From Candidatus Cryptobacteroides aphodequi (GTDB taxonomy: Bacteria > Bacteroidota > Bacteroidia > Bacteroidales > UBA932), in contig JAGHTP010000008.1 in the NCBI GenBank assembly GCA_018065265.1, forward strand, positions 466 to 64,465: a stretch of 64,000 nt of DNA, in the 5' to 3' direction. Shown piece after piece: positions 16,586-26,580 of this stretch. The notes under the pieces were generated by a model. That model was not told the origin of the DNA. It made no database searches and was given only the letters and a program-made list of their open reading frames with translations. The position numbers were made by a program, and so were the translations under genes. The stretch's first letter is position 1; each line of letters opens with the position of its first letter.

Positions 16586-19323
16586 AGGTCTATCGAGAAT
16601 ACAAGTTCCCATTCGGGATCGATGGGATCTGTGAAATTGTTATTGAACCGTGTGTATTTGAGTCCCAGCCTGGTGGTGTATGGGATGAAAAGGAAGTTGC
16701 CCAGCACCACATCGAATTTGAGGCCGTGGCCATAGAGCATCCTCCAGCCAGAAGAACCGACATACATTCCGGTAATCTGTGCGTGGGGATAGATTTCAAA
16801 ATTACGGACATAGAAGAACGGGCAGAGAGCGCTCCAGTCGACGAAACCGAACGGAATGGCATATTCGGCGCTTAACTGCGCGGCCTGCTGGCCGAAATTC
16901 ATTATTCCCGTCCAGCTTATGCTCTGGTTCTTCGCGATACCCGGCAGATAGCCGTATGCAGCGGCGGCGAAAACGCCATCCTGGAAGGCAAGTTCAGCGC
17001 CCACACCGAGCCTCGGGTAAACGCAGGCTTCCGGGGTGGGGAGCATCGTGTACGCACGCACGGCCAGCGTGTAGCTTCCGAGAGTGTTTATGCTGGCCGA
17101 AGGAACAACGCCACGCGACCATCCGCCACTGCTGAAATTGAGCGGCAGATATGCGCGGAACCGGCCGATGACCGGAATTCCCTTCACGTCATCTCCTTCG
17201 CCGATGAACAGTCTGGGAGGATAGTCAGCGGTTACTGAAGCATTGAGCACAGGATAGAGTCCGCGATAGGTCACACTCATTCCGGAAGATCTTGCACCTG
17301 CCGTTACATAACCACTCAGTGTACCAAGAGTATTCTGGAAGAATGCGGTAGCACCAAGTGCTCCGTCAAGAGACATGATTGCAGAGGAAATGTCATCAAT
17401 CTCGTCATAATATACCTGCACGGGCAGCCAGGAGTGTACTCTGAACGCGTGGGCAAGACGCTTGTATGGTTGCGGTTCGCTCAACTTCACACTGTCTGTG
17501 GGCTCCGGAAGAATCCTTTCCTGAGCGCTCAGGTCTTCGGCAAAGGGATATTTATGGTGATAGTTCCAGTCTGCCTGCTCCGAATCAAGTTCATCGGTAG
17601 AACTGCCATATACGAGACGGCCTTCCCTGCCGATTGACGAATAGTAAAGAGAGTCGCGCACGAAGGCGAAGCCGGTTCCTCCGTTTCTGATGTTCGTAAG
17701 ACGGATCAGGCTGCCGTCCGCCACGTCGAGCCTGTACATTTCGTTGCTTCCGTCCAGGTCGGACTCAAAGTTCAGGAAGCCTCCTTCCAGACCGCGCAGG
17801 CCGCATATCTTCACGGCACTCCGTGCGGGGAGGATGAATTTCCAGGTATGGACATTTATGATTCCAAAGCCTTCGGCCGTTATCACCGAGCACCACAGCG
17901 TGCCGTCATCGGTCCAGGCACTTTCGACTGCCTGCATTCCGGCGGGCAACGGGTACGAACAGAACCTGGCTCCGGAGGTAGTGAATATGGCCACCGCCGT
18001 TGTGCCGTCGGTAAGATATTCCGTCGCCGATATAAGAGAGTCGCACGGGTGTGCTGCAGGGCTGTACAGGCGTCCTCCTTTGACAAGGGTGCGGCGGCCG
18101 TCCTTCTCGTTCCAGGCGATGATGTCGCTCCAGGAAACCATCTCCCAGCGCCTGTCGACACGCACTTCGGCCCAGTAAAGATCGCCCGTAACGGGGCTGT
18201 ACGAAAGCGAGGAATTGTATGAACCCATACGGGCAAGCCTTTCGGGTTTAGGGTCGTGCCTGACTCCTGTAGAAGGCGCAGAAGGCACGCGGACGAGCTC
18301 CGTTGCGCCTATGGCCATTCCATCCCGCACGGCATAGAGGCTCTTTCCGTCCGTTACCATCCCCGTGTATTCTTCAAAGAACTTCGGAGTGGCTGAGATG
18401 CGCTCCGAAGGCGTGAACGGCAGGCGAGAACGGTCATACTCGTCCCAGGCGCGGGCCAGATACCAGCTTGTGTTGAAGAAGGTCTGGCGGGGCGTTTCAC
18501 CTATGTCTTTCTTCATTGTGCCGCGCCAGTTGAGCGGTGCAACGCCAAGATGCCTCTTGAGGCGGTCATAGTAGTTGCGCACGAACATCGTGTCGGCATA
18601 AACGCTTCTCAGGCCCGCCTGCGACACGTATCCGGCCCTGTAGTAGTCGGGCGTGTAAAGTCTTGCCGAGCCGTAGCGCCAGCGCCAGTAGTCGCGGAAA
18701 TCCCTCTGGGCGAAACTTGCCTTGTAGTATTCCAGGAAGTCTGCACTGCGACCTCGGCCCGACGCGGTAAGGGCGGTTTCAGCCACCACGGCGTCGCCTT
18801 CGAGGAATGCAGGTCCGCAGTACAGTGCGCTCATCGCCGCCGCTCCTATCTCGCCCGTAAGCGCCGTCAGTACCTTGAAGCTGCCACGGTTGACGTACTG
18901 CATCTGGGTGGCGTGCCTGCCTTCGTGCACCGAAAGCAGGTCTGTCCAGGGCGTGGCTTCGGGGCGGTAAGGCTCCGGATTGGTGTACAGCTCCATTCTG
19001 TGCGGAGTCCACACAACCATTCCATTGGCATAGCTCTGAGAGTTGTGCAGCACCACCGGCATCGGCTTACGCTTGTAGTACTGATTCGCGTAGAATCCCA
19101 CTGTGTAGGAGTTGGGCATCTTGTACTGCTCAAGCTTCAAGGCGAAGGCACGACCCAGCGAATCGAGCCCTTCGGGGTAGATTACATCGAAGGATTCGCT
19201 CTGCACGTGGGCCCAGCGCACGCCGCAGGGCTCGTTACCGGAGAGATAGAACTGAGCGTCCGCCTCAAATGAAGCGGACAGCGTCAGGGCCAGGACGGCC
19301 AGTATGTTTCTTACAAACCTCAA
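16582..19323 (-). CDS. Large exported protein: HExxH metallopeptidase-like domain, TolB-like propeller and probable C-terminal beta-barrel
   Basis: Signal peptide, HEGRH plus downstream EGDAV, propeller-like repeats, and C-terminal amphipathic strands ending WELVFSIDL. TTG start overlaps the galK stop. Confidence 0.7.
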   Translation of the reverse strand: MRFVRNILAVLALTLSASFEADAQFYLSGNEPCGVRWAHVQSESFDVIYPEGLDSLGRAFALKLEQYKMPNSYTVGFYANQYYKRKPMPVVLHNSQSYANGMVVWTPHRMELYTNPEPYRPEATPWTDLLSVHEGRHATQMQYVNRGSFKVLTALTGEIGAAAMSALYCGPAFLEGDAVVAETALTASGRGRSADFLEYYKASFAQRDFRDYWRWRYGSARLYTPDYYRAGYVSQAGLRSVYADTMFVRNYYDRLKRHLGVAPLNWRGTMKKDIGETPRQTFFNTSWYLARAWDEYDRSRLPFTPSERISATPKFFEEYTGMVTDGKSLYAVRDGMAIGATELVRVPSAPSTGVRHDPKPERLARMGSYNSSLSYSPVTGDLYWAEVRVDRRWEMVSWSDIIAWNEKDGRRTLVKGGRLYSPAAHPCDSLISATEYLTDGTTAVAIFTTSGARFCSYPLPAGMQAVESAWTDDGTLWCSVITAEGFGIINVHTWKFILPARSAVKICGLRGLEGGFLNFESDLDGSNEMYRLDVADGSLIRLTNIRNGGTGFAFVRDSLYYSSIGREGRLVYGSSTDELDSEQADWNYHHKYPFAEDLSAQERILPEPTDSVKLSEPQPYKRLAHAFRVHSWLPVQVYYDEIDDISSAIMSLDGALGATAFFQNTLGTLSGYVTAGARSSGMSVTYRGLYPVLNASVTADYPPRLFIGEGDDVKGIPVIGRFRAYLPLNFSSGGWSRGVVPSASINTLGSYTLAVRAYTMLPTPEACVYPRLGVGAELAFQDGVFAAAAYGYLPGIAKNQSISWTGIMNFGQQAAQLSAEYAIPFGFVDWSALCPFFYVRNFEIYPHAQITGMYVGSSGWRMLYGHGLKFDVVLGNFLFIPYTTRLGLKYTRFNNNFTDPIDPEWELVFSIDL

Positions 19324-20462
19324 ATTTTGCGTGCGCCGTCAGAGATGACTACGTCGTAAATCTTGGGAGCGTGGTTGAATTTGGCCGTGAACTGCTCTTT
19401 TACGGCAGCGATGAAAGGCTCGTAGAGTTCATCCTTGACCAGGTTGATGGTACAGCCACCGAAGCCGCCGCCCATAACCCGCGATCCGGTCACGTCCATC
19501 TTGCGGGCGAGCTTGTTGAGGAAGTCGAGTTCCTCGCAGCTTACCTCGTAGAGCTTGCTCATACCGAAGTGGGTCTGATACATCATCTCACCGACAGTCT
19601 CGTAATCGCCCCTTTCAAGTGCGTCGCAGACGTCAAGCACCCTCTGAACCTCACCGATTACGTATTCAGCACGCAGGAAGTCTTCCTCAGGAATCTGCTC
19701 GCGTACCTCGTCAAGCCATACGCGCTTGGCGTCGGAAAGGAATTCAACCTCGGGATGGTTGACGCGGATGGCGGCAGCTGCGTTCTCGCAGGACTGGCGG
19801 CGTTTGTTGTATGCCGATGAAGCGAGCTCGTGCTTTACGCAGGAATCAACCAGCACAAGGCGGTAGCCTTCGGGATTGAAGGGGAAATATTTGTATTCGA
19901 GAGTCTTGCAGTTAAGCCTGATGAGGCAGCCCTTCTTGCCGAAGCAGGAAGCGAACTGGTCCATAATACCGCATTTGACACCGCAGTAATTGTGCTCGGT
20001 GCTCTGGCCTATCTTGGCAAGTTCGAAGAGGTCGAGCTTGTTGCCAAAGATATCGTTGATGGCATAAGCGAAGCAGCTTTCGAGTGCTGCGGAGCTTGAA
20101 AGGCCGGCTCCGAGGGGAACGTCTCCGGCGAATACTGTGTCAAATCCTTCGACCTTACCACCGCGCTTGATTGTCTCGCGGCATACACCGAAGATATAGC
20201 AAGCCCAGCTCTGACGGGGCTTGTCCTCTTCGTTCAGACCGAATTCTACCATCTCGTTATAGTCAACCGAGAAGGCGCGTACCTTGTCGGTTCCGTTGAC
20301 GCGGATGGCGGCCATAATGCCTTTGTCGATTGCTCCGGGGAAGACATAACCTCCATTGTAGTCGGTATGCTCGCCGATAAGGTTAACGCGGCCGGAGGCT
20401 GCATAAAGTTCTCCTTCGCATCCGAATACGGAGCGGAATTTTTCAAGAATCTGTTCTTTCAT
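19320..20462 (-). CDS. galK: Galactokinase
   Basis: Motifs GRVNLIGEHTDY, PLGAGLSSSAA, CGIMDQ and GSRVMGGGFGGC. Confidence 0.97.
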   Translation of the reverse strand: MKEQILEKFRSVFGCEGELYAASGRVNLIGEHTDYNGGYVFPGAIDKGIMAAIRVNGTDKVRAFSVDYNEMVEFGLNEEDKPRQSWACYIFGVCRETIKRGGKVEGFDTVFAGDVPLGAGLSSSAALESCFAYAINDIFGNKLDLFELAKIGQSTEHNYCGVKCGIMDQFASCFGKKGCLIRLNCKTLEYKYFPFNPEGYRLVLVDSCVKHELASSAYNKRRQSCENAAAAIRVNHPEVEFLSDAKRVWLDEVREQIPEEDFLRAEYVIGEVQRVLDVCDALERGDYETVGEMMYQTHFGMSKLYEVSCEELDFLNKLARKMDVTGSRVMGGGFGGCTINLVKDELYEPFIAAVKEQFTAKFNHAPKIYDVVISDGARKI

Positions 20463-20481
20463 GATATTTAGTGTTATTTGA

Positions 20482-21582
20482 TTATACATTGAAAAGGAAA
20501 TGCATTATGTCGCCGTCCTGCACTACGTAGTCCTTGCCTTCCACACCCATCTTTCCGGCGGCGCGAACAGCCGCTTCAGTCTTGTATGCGACGAAATCGT
20601 CGTACTTGATGACCTCGGCACGGATGAAACCGCGCTCGAAATCGGTGTGGATGACGCCTGCCGCGCGGGGAGCCTTGTCGCCCTTGTGGATGGTCCAGGC
20701 ACGGCACTCGTCCGAACCGGCGGTGAAGAAGGTCTGCAGACCGAGCAGGCGGTATGCGCCCTGAATGAGCCTTACCACACCCGACTCCTCGAGCCCCATA
20801 TCGGCAAGGAACATCTGACGATCGTCGTAATCCTCTATCTCGGCTATGTCCGATTCGGTTTTGGCGGCAATGACCAGTATCTCGGCGTTCTCGTCCTTCA
20901 CGGCCTCGCGCACGGCCTCGACATAAGCGTTTCCGCTTGCGGCGTGAGCCTCGTCCACATTGCAGACGTACATAACGGGCTTGTTGGTGAGAAGGAAAAG
21001 GTTGCGGGCCATTTCGGCCTCTTCGTCGTTGATGAGGGCAACGCTGCGGCAGCTGCGTCCTTCAACCAGGGCGGCGCGGTAGCGTGTGAGCAGAGCGGCG
21101 AGCTTGGCGGCCTCCTTGTCTCCGGCCTTTCCGGCCTTCTCGCACTTCGAGAGACGGGCCTCAACGGTCTCGAGGTCCTTTATCTGGAGTTCGGTATCGA
21201 CAACCTCTTTGTCGCGTACCGGGTCAACGCTGCCGTCCACGTGGACTATATTGCCGTCGTCAAAACAGCGCAGCACGTGCAGAATCGCATCGCACTCCCT
21301 GATGTTGGCGAGGAACTGGTTTCCGAGGCCTTCGCCCCGGCTGGCGCCCTTCACGAGGCCGGCGATATCGACGATATCAACCGTAGCGGGAATGGTCCTC
21401 TGGGGCTTGCAGATATCGCTGAGCACCTCAAGACGCTTGTCCGGCACATTGGTCGATCCGAGATTGGGTTCTATCGTACAGAAGGGAAAATTGGCGCTCT
21501 GCGCCTTTCCAGAACTTACACAATTGAAAAGGGTTGACTTGCCCACGTTGGGCAGACCCACTATTCCGCATTTAAGAGACAT
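20482..21582 (-). CDS. ychF: Redox-regulated ribosome-binding ATPase YchF
   Basis: Motifs GIVGLPNVGKSTLFN, ANFPFCTIEPN, DIAGLVKGAS.GEGLGN and a C-terminal TGS domain. Confidence 0.98.
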   Translation of the reverse strand: MSLKCGIVGLPNVGKSTLFNCVSSGKAQSANFPFCTIEPNLGSTNVPDKRLEVLSDICKPQRTIPATVDIVDIAGLVKGASRGEGLGNQFLANIRECDAILHVLRCFDDGNIVHVDGSVDPVRDKEVVDTELQIKDLETVEARLSKCEKAGKAGDKEAAKLAALLTRYRAALVEGRSCRSVALINDEEAEMARNLFLLTNKPVMYVCNVDEAHAASGNAYVEAVREAVKDENAEILVIAAKTESDIAEIEDYDDRQMFLADMGLEESGVVRLIQGAYRLLGLQTFFTAGSDECRAWTIHKGDKAPRAAGVIHTDFERGFIRAEVIKYDDFVAYKTEAAVRAAGKMGVEGKDYVVQDGDIMHFLFNV

Positions 21583-21634
21583 ATTCAGTATATAAATCCT
21601 ACAAATTTAGAAAATTATTGTCATATTCGTGAGT

Positions 21635-22540
21635 ATGAAAACGACTATGATACTTCAACTCCTCTCCACCGTCATTGTGTTCTGGAACGTGGAGAATTTC
21701 TTCGACAACAGAGCCGATTCGCAGAACGCCTCGGAGCGTTCGTTCAGTGCGGGCGGAAGCCGCCATTGGACCGCCAGGCGGGTCGAGGCCAAATGCAATT
21801 CAATCGCGAAAATTCTGCTTTGCATCGCGGATGGATATGGCGAGCTGCCGGCCGCCGTGGGCCTCTGCGAGGTCGAGAACGACCGCGTGCTGCGCACGCT
21901 TACCGGCGAAACCACCCTCCGTCGTTTCGGCTACAGATTTGTCCATTTCGAGTCTTCCGACCCGCGCGGAATAGACTGCGCTCTGCTGTACAGGCCCAAC
22001 GTGCTTGGAATACCGGATGCATCGACAATACGCGTGCAACGCACCCGCGATATCCTGCTCTGCCGCTTCGACAGCCTGAGCGTTGCTGTTGTTCACCTTC
22101 CTTCGAAGCTGGGCGCCACAAGCGGTGCAAGACGCGATTCCATCACCCTGGTTCTGGCCGCGGCCTGCGATTCCCTCTCACAGTACGGCCCTGTTATTGC
22201 CGGTGGGGACTTCAACGACTCTCGTGGAGAAAAGAGCGACAGTCTTCTTCGCCCTCTTGTTGAGATTGCCCACGGCGGTGCGATTGCCGATGGAACCGGC
22301 TCTACGGCAGCCGTCGCCGCGGCAGGGAGCCTGAAGTTTCAGGGAAGATGGGAACTCATCGATCGGGCCGCCGTCTCGGCCGACATAGCGTCCCGCTCCC
22401 GTGCGGAAGTGTTCGCTTCGCCTCATCTGCTCGAAGAAGACAAAAAATTCGGCGGAGTGAAACCCCGCCGAACTTATATCGGTCCGCGCTACAACTCGGG
22501 AGTGAGCGATCATCTCCCGCTTGTAGTTGTTATCGATTAA
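21635..22540 (+). CDS. Endonuclease/exonuclease/phosphatase family protein
   Basis: Motifs FWNVENFFD, GLCEVEN, D.RGID.ALLY, GDFND and SDHLP. Start could be 21629, 21635 or 21647. Confidence 0.92.
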   Translation: MKTTMILQLLSTVIVFWNVENFFDNRADSQNASERSFSAGGSRHWTARRVEAKCNSIAKILLCIADGYGELPAAVGLCEVENDRVLRTLTGETTLRRFGYRFVHFESSDPRGIDCALLYRPNVLGIPDASTIRVQRTRDILLCRFDSLSVAVVHLPSKLGATSGARRDSITLVLAAACDSLSQYGPVIAGGDFNDSRGEKSDSLLRPLVEIAHGGAIADGTGSTAAVAAAGSLKFQGRWELIDRAAVSADIASRSRAEVFASPHLLEEDKKFGGVKPRRTYIGPRYNSGVSDHLPLVVVID

Positions 22541-24561
22541 TAGTAACGAGCCCTGTTGTCCTGAACGTCGGCTGCTTCCATCATTACAGGTACAAGCATC
22601 TGGGTGTTGTACTGTGCCTTCTGGGTAGCGAAGTTGCGAGCGTCCTGCTCTGTATAGAAGGAACCTGTCTCGCGGGCTGTAACCTTGTAAACGTAAACTC
22701 CTGCAATACCGGCGACAGGAGCGCCGATCTCGTCGATGGGAGCCGAGTAAACAGCGCCGAGCAGAGCGGGCTCTGCCATTCCCATATTCATTGCAGAGAA
22801 GCTGATGCCCTTGCGGCTCTCGACTGTCGAGCCGAGTGCGGAAGCAATCTCCTCGAGTGTTCCAAGACCCTCGATCTTCTCGGCAGCGGCCTTTGCGGCA
22901 GCAGCACCGCGCTTTTCAGCATAGAGAGTCTGACGGATCTGGGAAGCAACTTCCTGAACGGGAGTGTAACCGTCCTTGTGGATAGCCTTGAGGGCAACCA
23001 CGAAGAAGTAGTTGTTGTTGACGGTGATGATAGCTGAAGCCTTGCCTGCCTTCTTGGCGTCGAAGATCCAGCGGGTGATTTCCTTGGCCTGGTCAATAGA
23101 GCCGTAGGTATCGGTGCTCTCGAGCACACCGTTGAAGTTATGCGAGTAAACTCCGAGAGAGTCGACTGCCTTCATATAGCCCTCCACACTGCCTTCGGCA
23201 ATTGAAGCGAACTTGTTGGCCTCGGAATACTTGGTGTTGAATGTCTCCTTGCTTGCGAGGACGGTCTTCTCGAGGATGGCGACCTTCTTCATCATAACGG
23301 GAGAGGTCTTCTTCGAAACGAGAACGACGTGTGTGCCGTACTGTGTTGTGAGCACGAAAGGCTTGCCTGTCTGGGCGGTGAGAACGCTCTCGAAGCCGGG
23401 GATCATATAGGTCTGGGTGAGCCAGCCGATGTTACCCATCTCGCCGTCGGCCTGTGAGCCCTGATCGGCAGAATGGAGCATGGCAACGGTTGAGAACTGT
23501 CCGGGGTTCTTGGTAACGACCTTGAGGAGGCTGTCAGCCTCTGCCTTGGCGTTCTCGCCCTGGAGAAGGATGTGCTTTACATAAACGGAGTCGGAACGCA
23601 TTGCGCTTTCCATAACCTTTGCGGCATAGTAGGTGTTTCCGTTCTTGTAGATGGGTGAAACACCCTTGGCGTTCGAGAATGCGAAGGTGTTCACGTCGCT
23701 GCTGATGACATTGAGCTCTCCCTTCTTATACCAGCGGTCCGAAAGTGAACGGTCCGAGTTCTTGAGAAGGAAGGTCTTCATGTTGTCAGTGGTCTTGAAC
23801 TCGGCATAAGCCTCGTCCATCTTCTGTGAAGCTGCCTGGATATCGGCCTCCGAAGGAGTAACCTCGAATACTACGTACTCGATGTCGCGGCTTGCGGTCT
23901 GCTTGTAATCCTTCTTATGTGCCTTGTAATAGGACTTGATCTCCGAGCCGCTGACCTTGATTGTGCTGTCGGGAGCGAAGGTGTAGGGAACGGTCACGCA
24001 TTCATAGTCGACGGTGGTGTTGTTCTGAGCCACTGCGTCTGCGAGGGTGAGAGCATTCTCAACTGCGCTCTGGGCGAAGAGAGAGTTGTACTTGATGTGG
24101 TACTGCTGCCATGCTACGCTGTTCTGGATGTACTGCCAGTACATCTGGATGCGTGCATCCTCTGATGTGGAGAGTTCTGTTATCTGGTCCTCGGGGATGG
24201 CTCCGAGAACGATGTCGGCCGCCTCGGCGTTGCCAACCTTGAAGCCGGCTGCCTTGGCGTTTTTGATGAACATATACTCATCGAGGAATGACTGCCAGGC
24301 CATGTTGCGTACCTGCTGCTGAGCCTGCTCGTTCTGGGCTGAAGTGCCAGTGGAGATTTCGGAGATCGTGTTGTACTTCTCGACCTCTGCTGCGAAATCT
24401 TCGTAAGAGATGCCACGTCCGTTGACCTCGCCCACGTTCTGGGGGCGGCCGAAGAGTGTCATCAGGTCATCCATAGGCGCGATGAAATACAGAAGGGAAA
24501 GTGCGATGATCACTGAGATCGCAATTCCGAACTTTTCGCGCATTTTTTGAAGAACTGCCAT
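22537..24561 (-). CDS. SurA-N/parvulin peptidyl-prolyl isomerase (PpiD-like)
   Basis: N-terminal membrane anchor MAVLQKMR, rotamase motifs VKHILL...SAD.GS...GNIGW...TQYGTH, and C-terminal DNRARYY. Confidence 0.92.
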   Translation of the reverse strand: MAVLQKMREKFGIAISVIIALSLLYFIAPMDDLMTLFGRPQNVGEVNGRGISYEDFAAEVEKYNTISEISTGTSAQNEQAQQQVRNMAWQSFLDEYMFIKNAKAAGFKVGNAEAADIVLGAIPEDQITELSTSEDARIQMYWQYIQNSVAWQQYHIKYNSLFAQSAVENALTLADAVAQNNTTVDYECVTVPYTFAPDSTIKVSGSEIKSYYKAHKKDYKQTASRDIEYVVFEVTPSEADIQAASQKMDEAYAEFKTTDNMKTFLLKNSDRSLSDRWYKKGELNVISSDVNTFAFSNAKGVSPIYKNGNTYYAAKVMESAMRSDSVYVKHILLQGENAKAEADSLLKVVTKNPGQFSTVAMLHSADQGSQADGEMGNIGWLTQTYMIPGFESVLTAQTGKPFVLTTQYGTHVVLVSKKTSPVMMKKVAILEKTVLASKETFNTKYSEANKFASIAEGSVEGYMKAVDSLGVYSHNFNGVLESTDTYGSIDQAKEITRWIFDAKKAGKASAIITVNNNYFFVVALKAIHKDGYTPVQEVASQIRQTLYAEKRGAAAAKAAAEKIEGLGTLEEIASALGSTVESRKGISFSAMNMGMAEPALLGAVYSAPIDEIGAPVAGIAGVYVYKVTARETGSFYTEQDARNFATQKAQYNTQMLVPVMMEAADVQDNRARYY

Positions 24562-24603
24562 ATTATTTTTACTGTTAAAATTATCTAAAGGGCTGCGAAT
24601 ATA

Positions 24604-25236
24604 CTAAAAATTTGGCAAAGGCCCTATAAAGTTGGCCGAATCTATGACGAAAACGGTCGTGTCGCGGTTGGTATAGGCAAAGCCGTCAAAAGGGTTGAGC
24701 AGGATGGCGTTGCGCGCACGGTCATCGCTGCGCATTCCATAGCCTTGCATCATTCCGTCGCGGGAGAACATCTTGACATAGCAGTCGGTCCATATCTGCT
24801 CGCTCTTGCGGTCCCAGTAGATTGTATCGGTCTGCATTGTCTCCTCCTTGATGACGTTCCTGATTATGACATTGCCGAAGGCCGACCAGCTTTCCTGCTC
24901 CTTGCCTTTCTTTGAAATGCGGTGCTCGGCCCGACGTGCCGTGATGGTCGATTCGAGCAGTCCGTCTGCGGTATAGCTGAATACCGAAAGGCCAAGGGGG
25001 AACTTGTCCAGCGAGAGAGTGTCGCTCTCGTAGCGTTCCATTATCTTGGCCTCGATACGCTGCATCACAACTCCGTCCTTGGTCTGAACCGCAAACATAT
25101 CGCTGACTACCTGCACGGGGGTTTCCTCAAGGTTGATCTTGTCTGCCTGTTTGAGTTTGCCGGAGCAGGAAACAACGACAAAAGCAACCGCGAGTGCGGT
25201 TGCCATTTGTCTGAGTGTGATGCAAAGTGCTTTCAC
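24604..25236 (-). CDS. lptC: LPS export ABC transporter periplasmic protein LptC
   Basis: Motifs FP.GL, W.AFGNVII, TDTIYWD...IWTD and G.GM.SD, in the conserved Bacteroidetes position after the TPR gene. Confidence 0.85.
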   Translation of the reverse strand: MKALCITLRQMATALAVAFVVVSCSGKLKQADKINLEETPVQVVSDMFAVQTKDGVVMQRIEAKIMERYESDTLSLDKFPLGLSVFSYTADGLLESTITARRAEHRISKKGKEQESWSAFGNVIIRNVIKEETMQTDTIYWDRKSEQIWTDCYVKMFSRDGMMQGYGMRSDDRARNAILLNPFDGFAYTNRDTTVFVIDSANFIGPLPNF

Positions 25237-26564
25237 TACTTCTGGGTCCTTACCCTTGTGACTGCGCGGAGTCCGCTGCAGCTGACGGTATATTCGTTGC
25301 CGTCCTGGAGGTCGAACATGAATGCGTCGGCGGTTGAAGGGAAGTAAGCCTTGAACTCGGTTATCTTCCTGGAAGCTTCAGCTGCAAGGCTTTCGTCTGC
25401 GGCAGCAGCCTTCTGCATATAGTCAACAGCTACCCAGAAAGGTGCGCGGCTGGCGATTTCGTTGCCGGAGCACTTTACGGCGCTCCAGATTGTTCCGATG
25501 AGGAAATATGCCTTGCCGGCGTACTTTCCGTCGGTATCGGTATCAGCGGCTGTCTTTGCAGCCTCGATAGCCCTGGTGGAGTTGCCTGTGCGGAAGCAGA
25601 ACATTGCGAGCTCGTAGTTATAGGCCGCCTTGTTCTCGGCATCGGCGAGGCGGATTGCCTCTTCCATATACTTCACTGCCTCGTCAACCTTGCCGCGCTG
25701 CGAGTAGATCTGATATGCCAGATATGCGGTGGAAGCGCTGGGAGCGTTCTTGTGCATAACGGCGATTGCCTTTGAGATGAGCTCGTTGTCTGCGCAATCC
25801 TCGGTCTTGAGCATAAATGCAACTATCTTCTGAGCAAGTTCGACATCTTCGGGAGCCGCAGCGAAGCGGGGAGTGAAGAGGGCGATGAGCTTGTCGCAGC
25901 TTGCAACCTTGCTGGCAACGAAGAGGCTTTCGAGGTCGGCACGAACTTTCTCGTTCATGTCGGCATCAACCTGATTCTTGGCCACTGTAGCTGAAAGAAA
26001 ATCGACGTTGCGGTTGTATGTCTCGATGACTTCCTCCTCACCGATCATTCCGACCTTGTAAAGCTCGATTGCAGCCTTGAGGTTGAGAACGTAGAGGTTG
26101 GATTTTGTCTCGTTTCCGTTGGCTTCGATGATCTCGTTGAGACCGTCGAACAGTCGCTGGTCGTCGTCCTTTATGTAGTTGGCCATATCGAGACCCTTGT
26201 TGTTACGTGCGGTAACGGCACTGGCGGGGAAGAACTCGACCCTCTGATCGTGAAGAGTCATAAGGGAGTCCACGAGAGCCTGCTTGTAGATGGGGTTCTT
26301 CGCATTGGCGCTGATGAGTTTGCGCAAAAGTGTGGTTCCGTCAACCAGCATCTTCTGGCGGCTCTGGGGAGGACAGTACTTGTATGCCTCACGCCAGTTG
26401 GGAGTAGCGTCGGCATAATTCTTAGACTTCATGTACTCCTCGTAGTAGGAGAGATACTTGAGACACTCGGCGCTGTTCGGGCCGTACTTGTCGTCCTGAG
26501 CCTTGAGGCTTGTTGCGGGAATAAGCATCGCCACGGCGGCAATTGCAATAAAAAACTTTTTCAT
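25236..26564 (-). CDS. Exported tetratricopeptide-repeat protein
   Basis: Signal peptide, ECLKYLSYY..., helical repeats and C-terminal YFPS...FM. Conserved synteny with lptC and coaX. Confidence 0.85.
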   Translation of the reverse strand: MKKFFIAIAAVAMLIPATSLKAQDDKYGPNSAECLKYLSYYEEYMKSKNYADATPNWREAYKYCPPQSRQKMLVDGTTLLRKLISANAKNPIYKQALVDSLMTLHDQRVEFFPASAVTARNNKGLDMANYIKDDDQRLFDGLNEIIEANGNETKSNLYVLNLKAAIELYKVGMIGEEEVIETYNRNVDFLSATVAKNQVDADMNEKVRADLESLFVASKVASCDKLIALFTPRFAAAPEDVELAQKIVAFMLKTEDCADNELISKAIAVMHKNAPSASTAYLAYQIYSQRGKVDEAVKYMEEAIRLADAENKAAYNYELAMFCFRTGNSTRAIEAAKTAADTDTDGKYAGKAYFLIGTIWSAVKCSGNEIASRAPFWVAVDYMQKAAAADESLAAEASRKITEFKAYFPSTADAFMFDLQDGNEYTVSCSGLRAVTRVRTQK

Positions 26565-26580
26565 ATCGTGTTTTGTGTTT

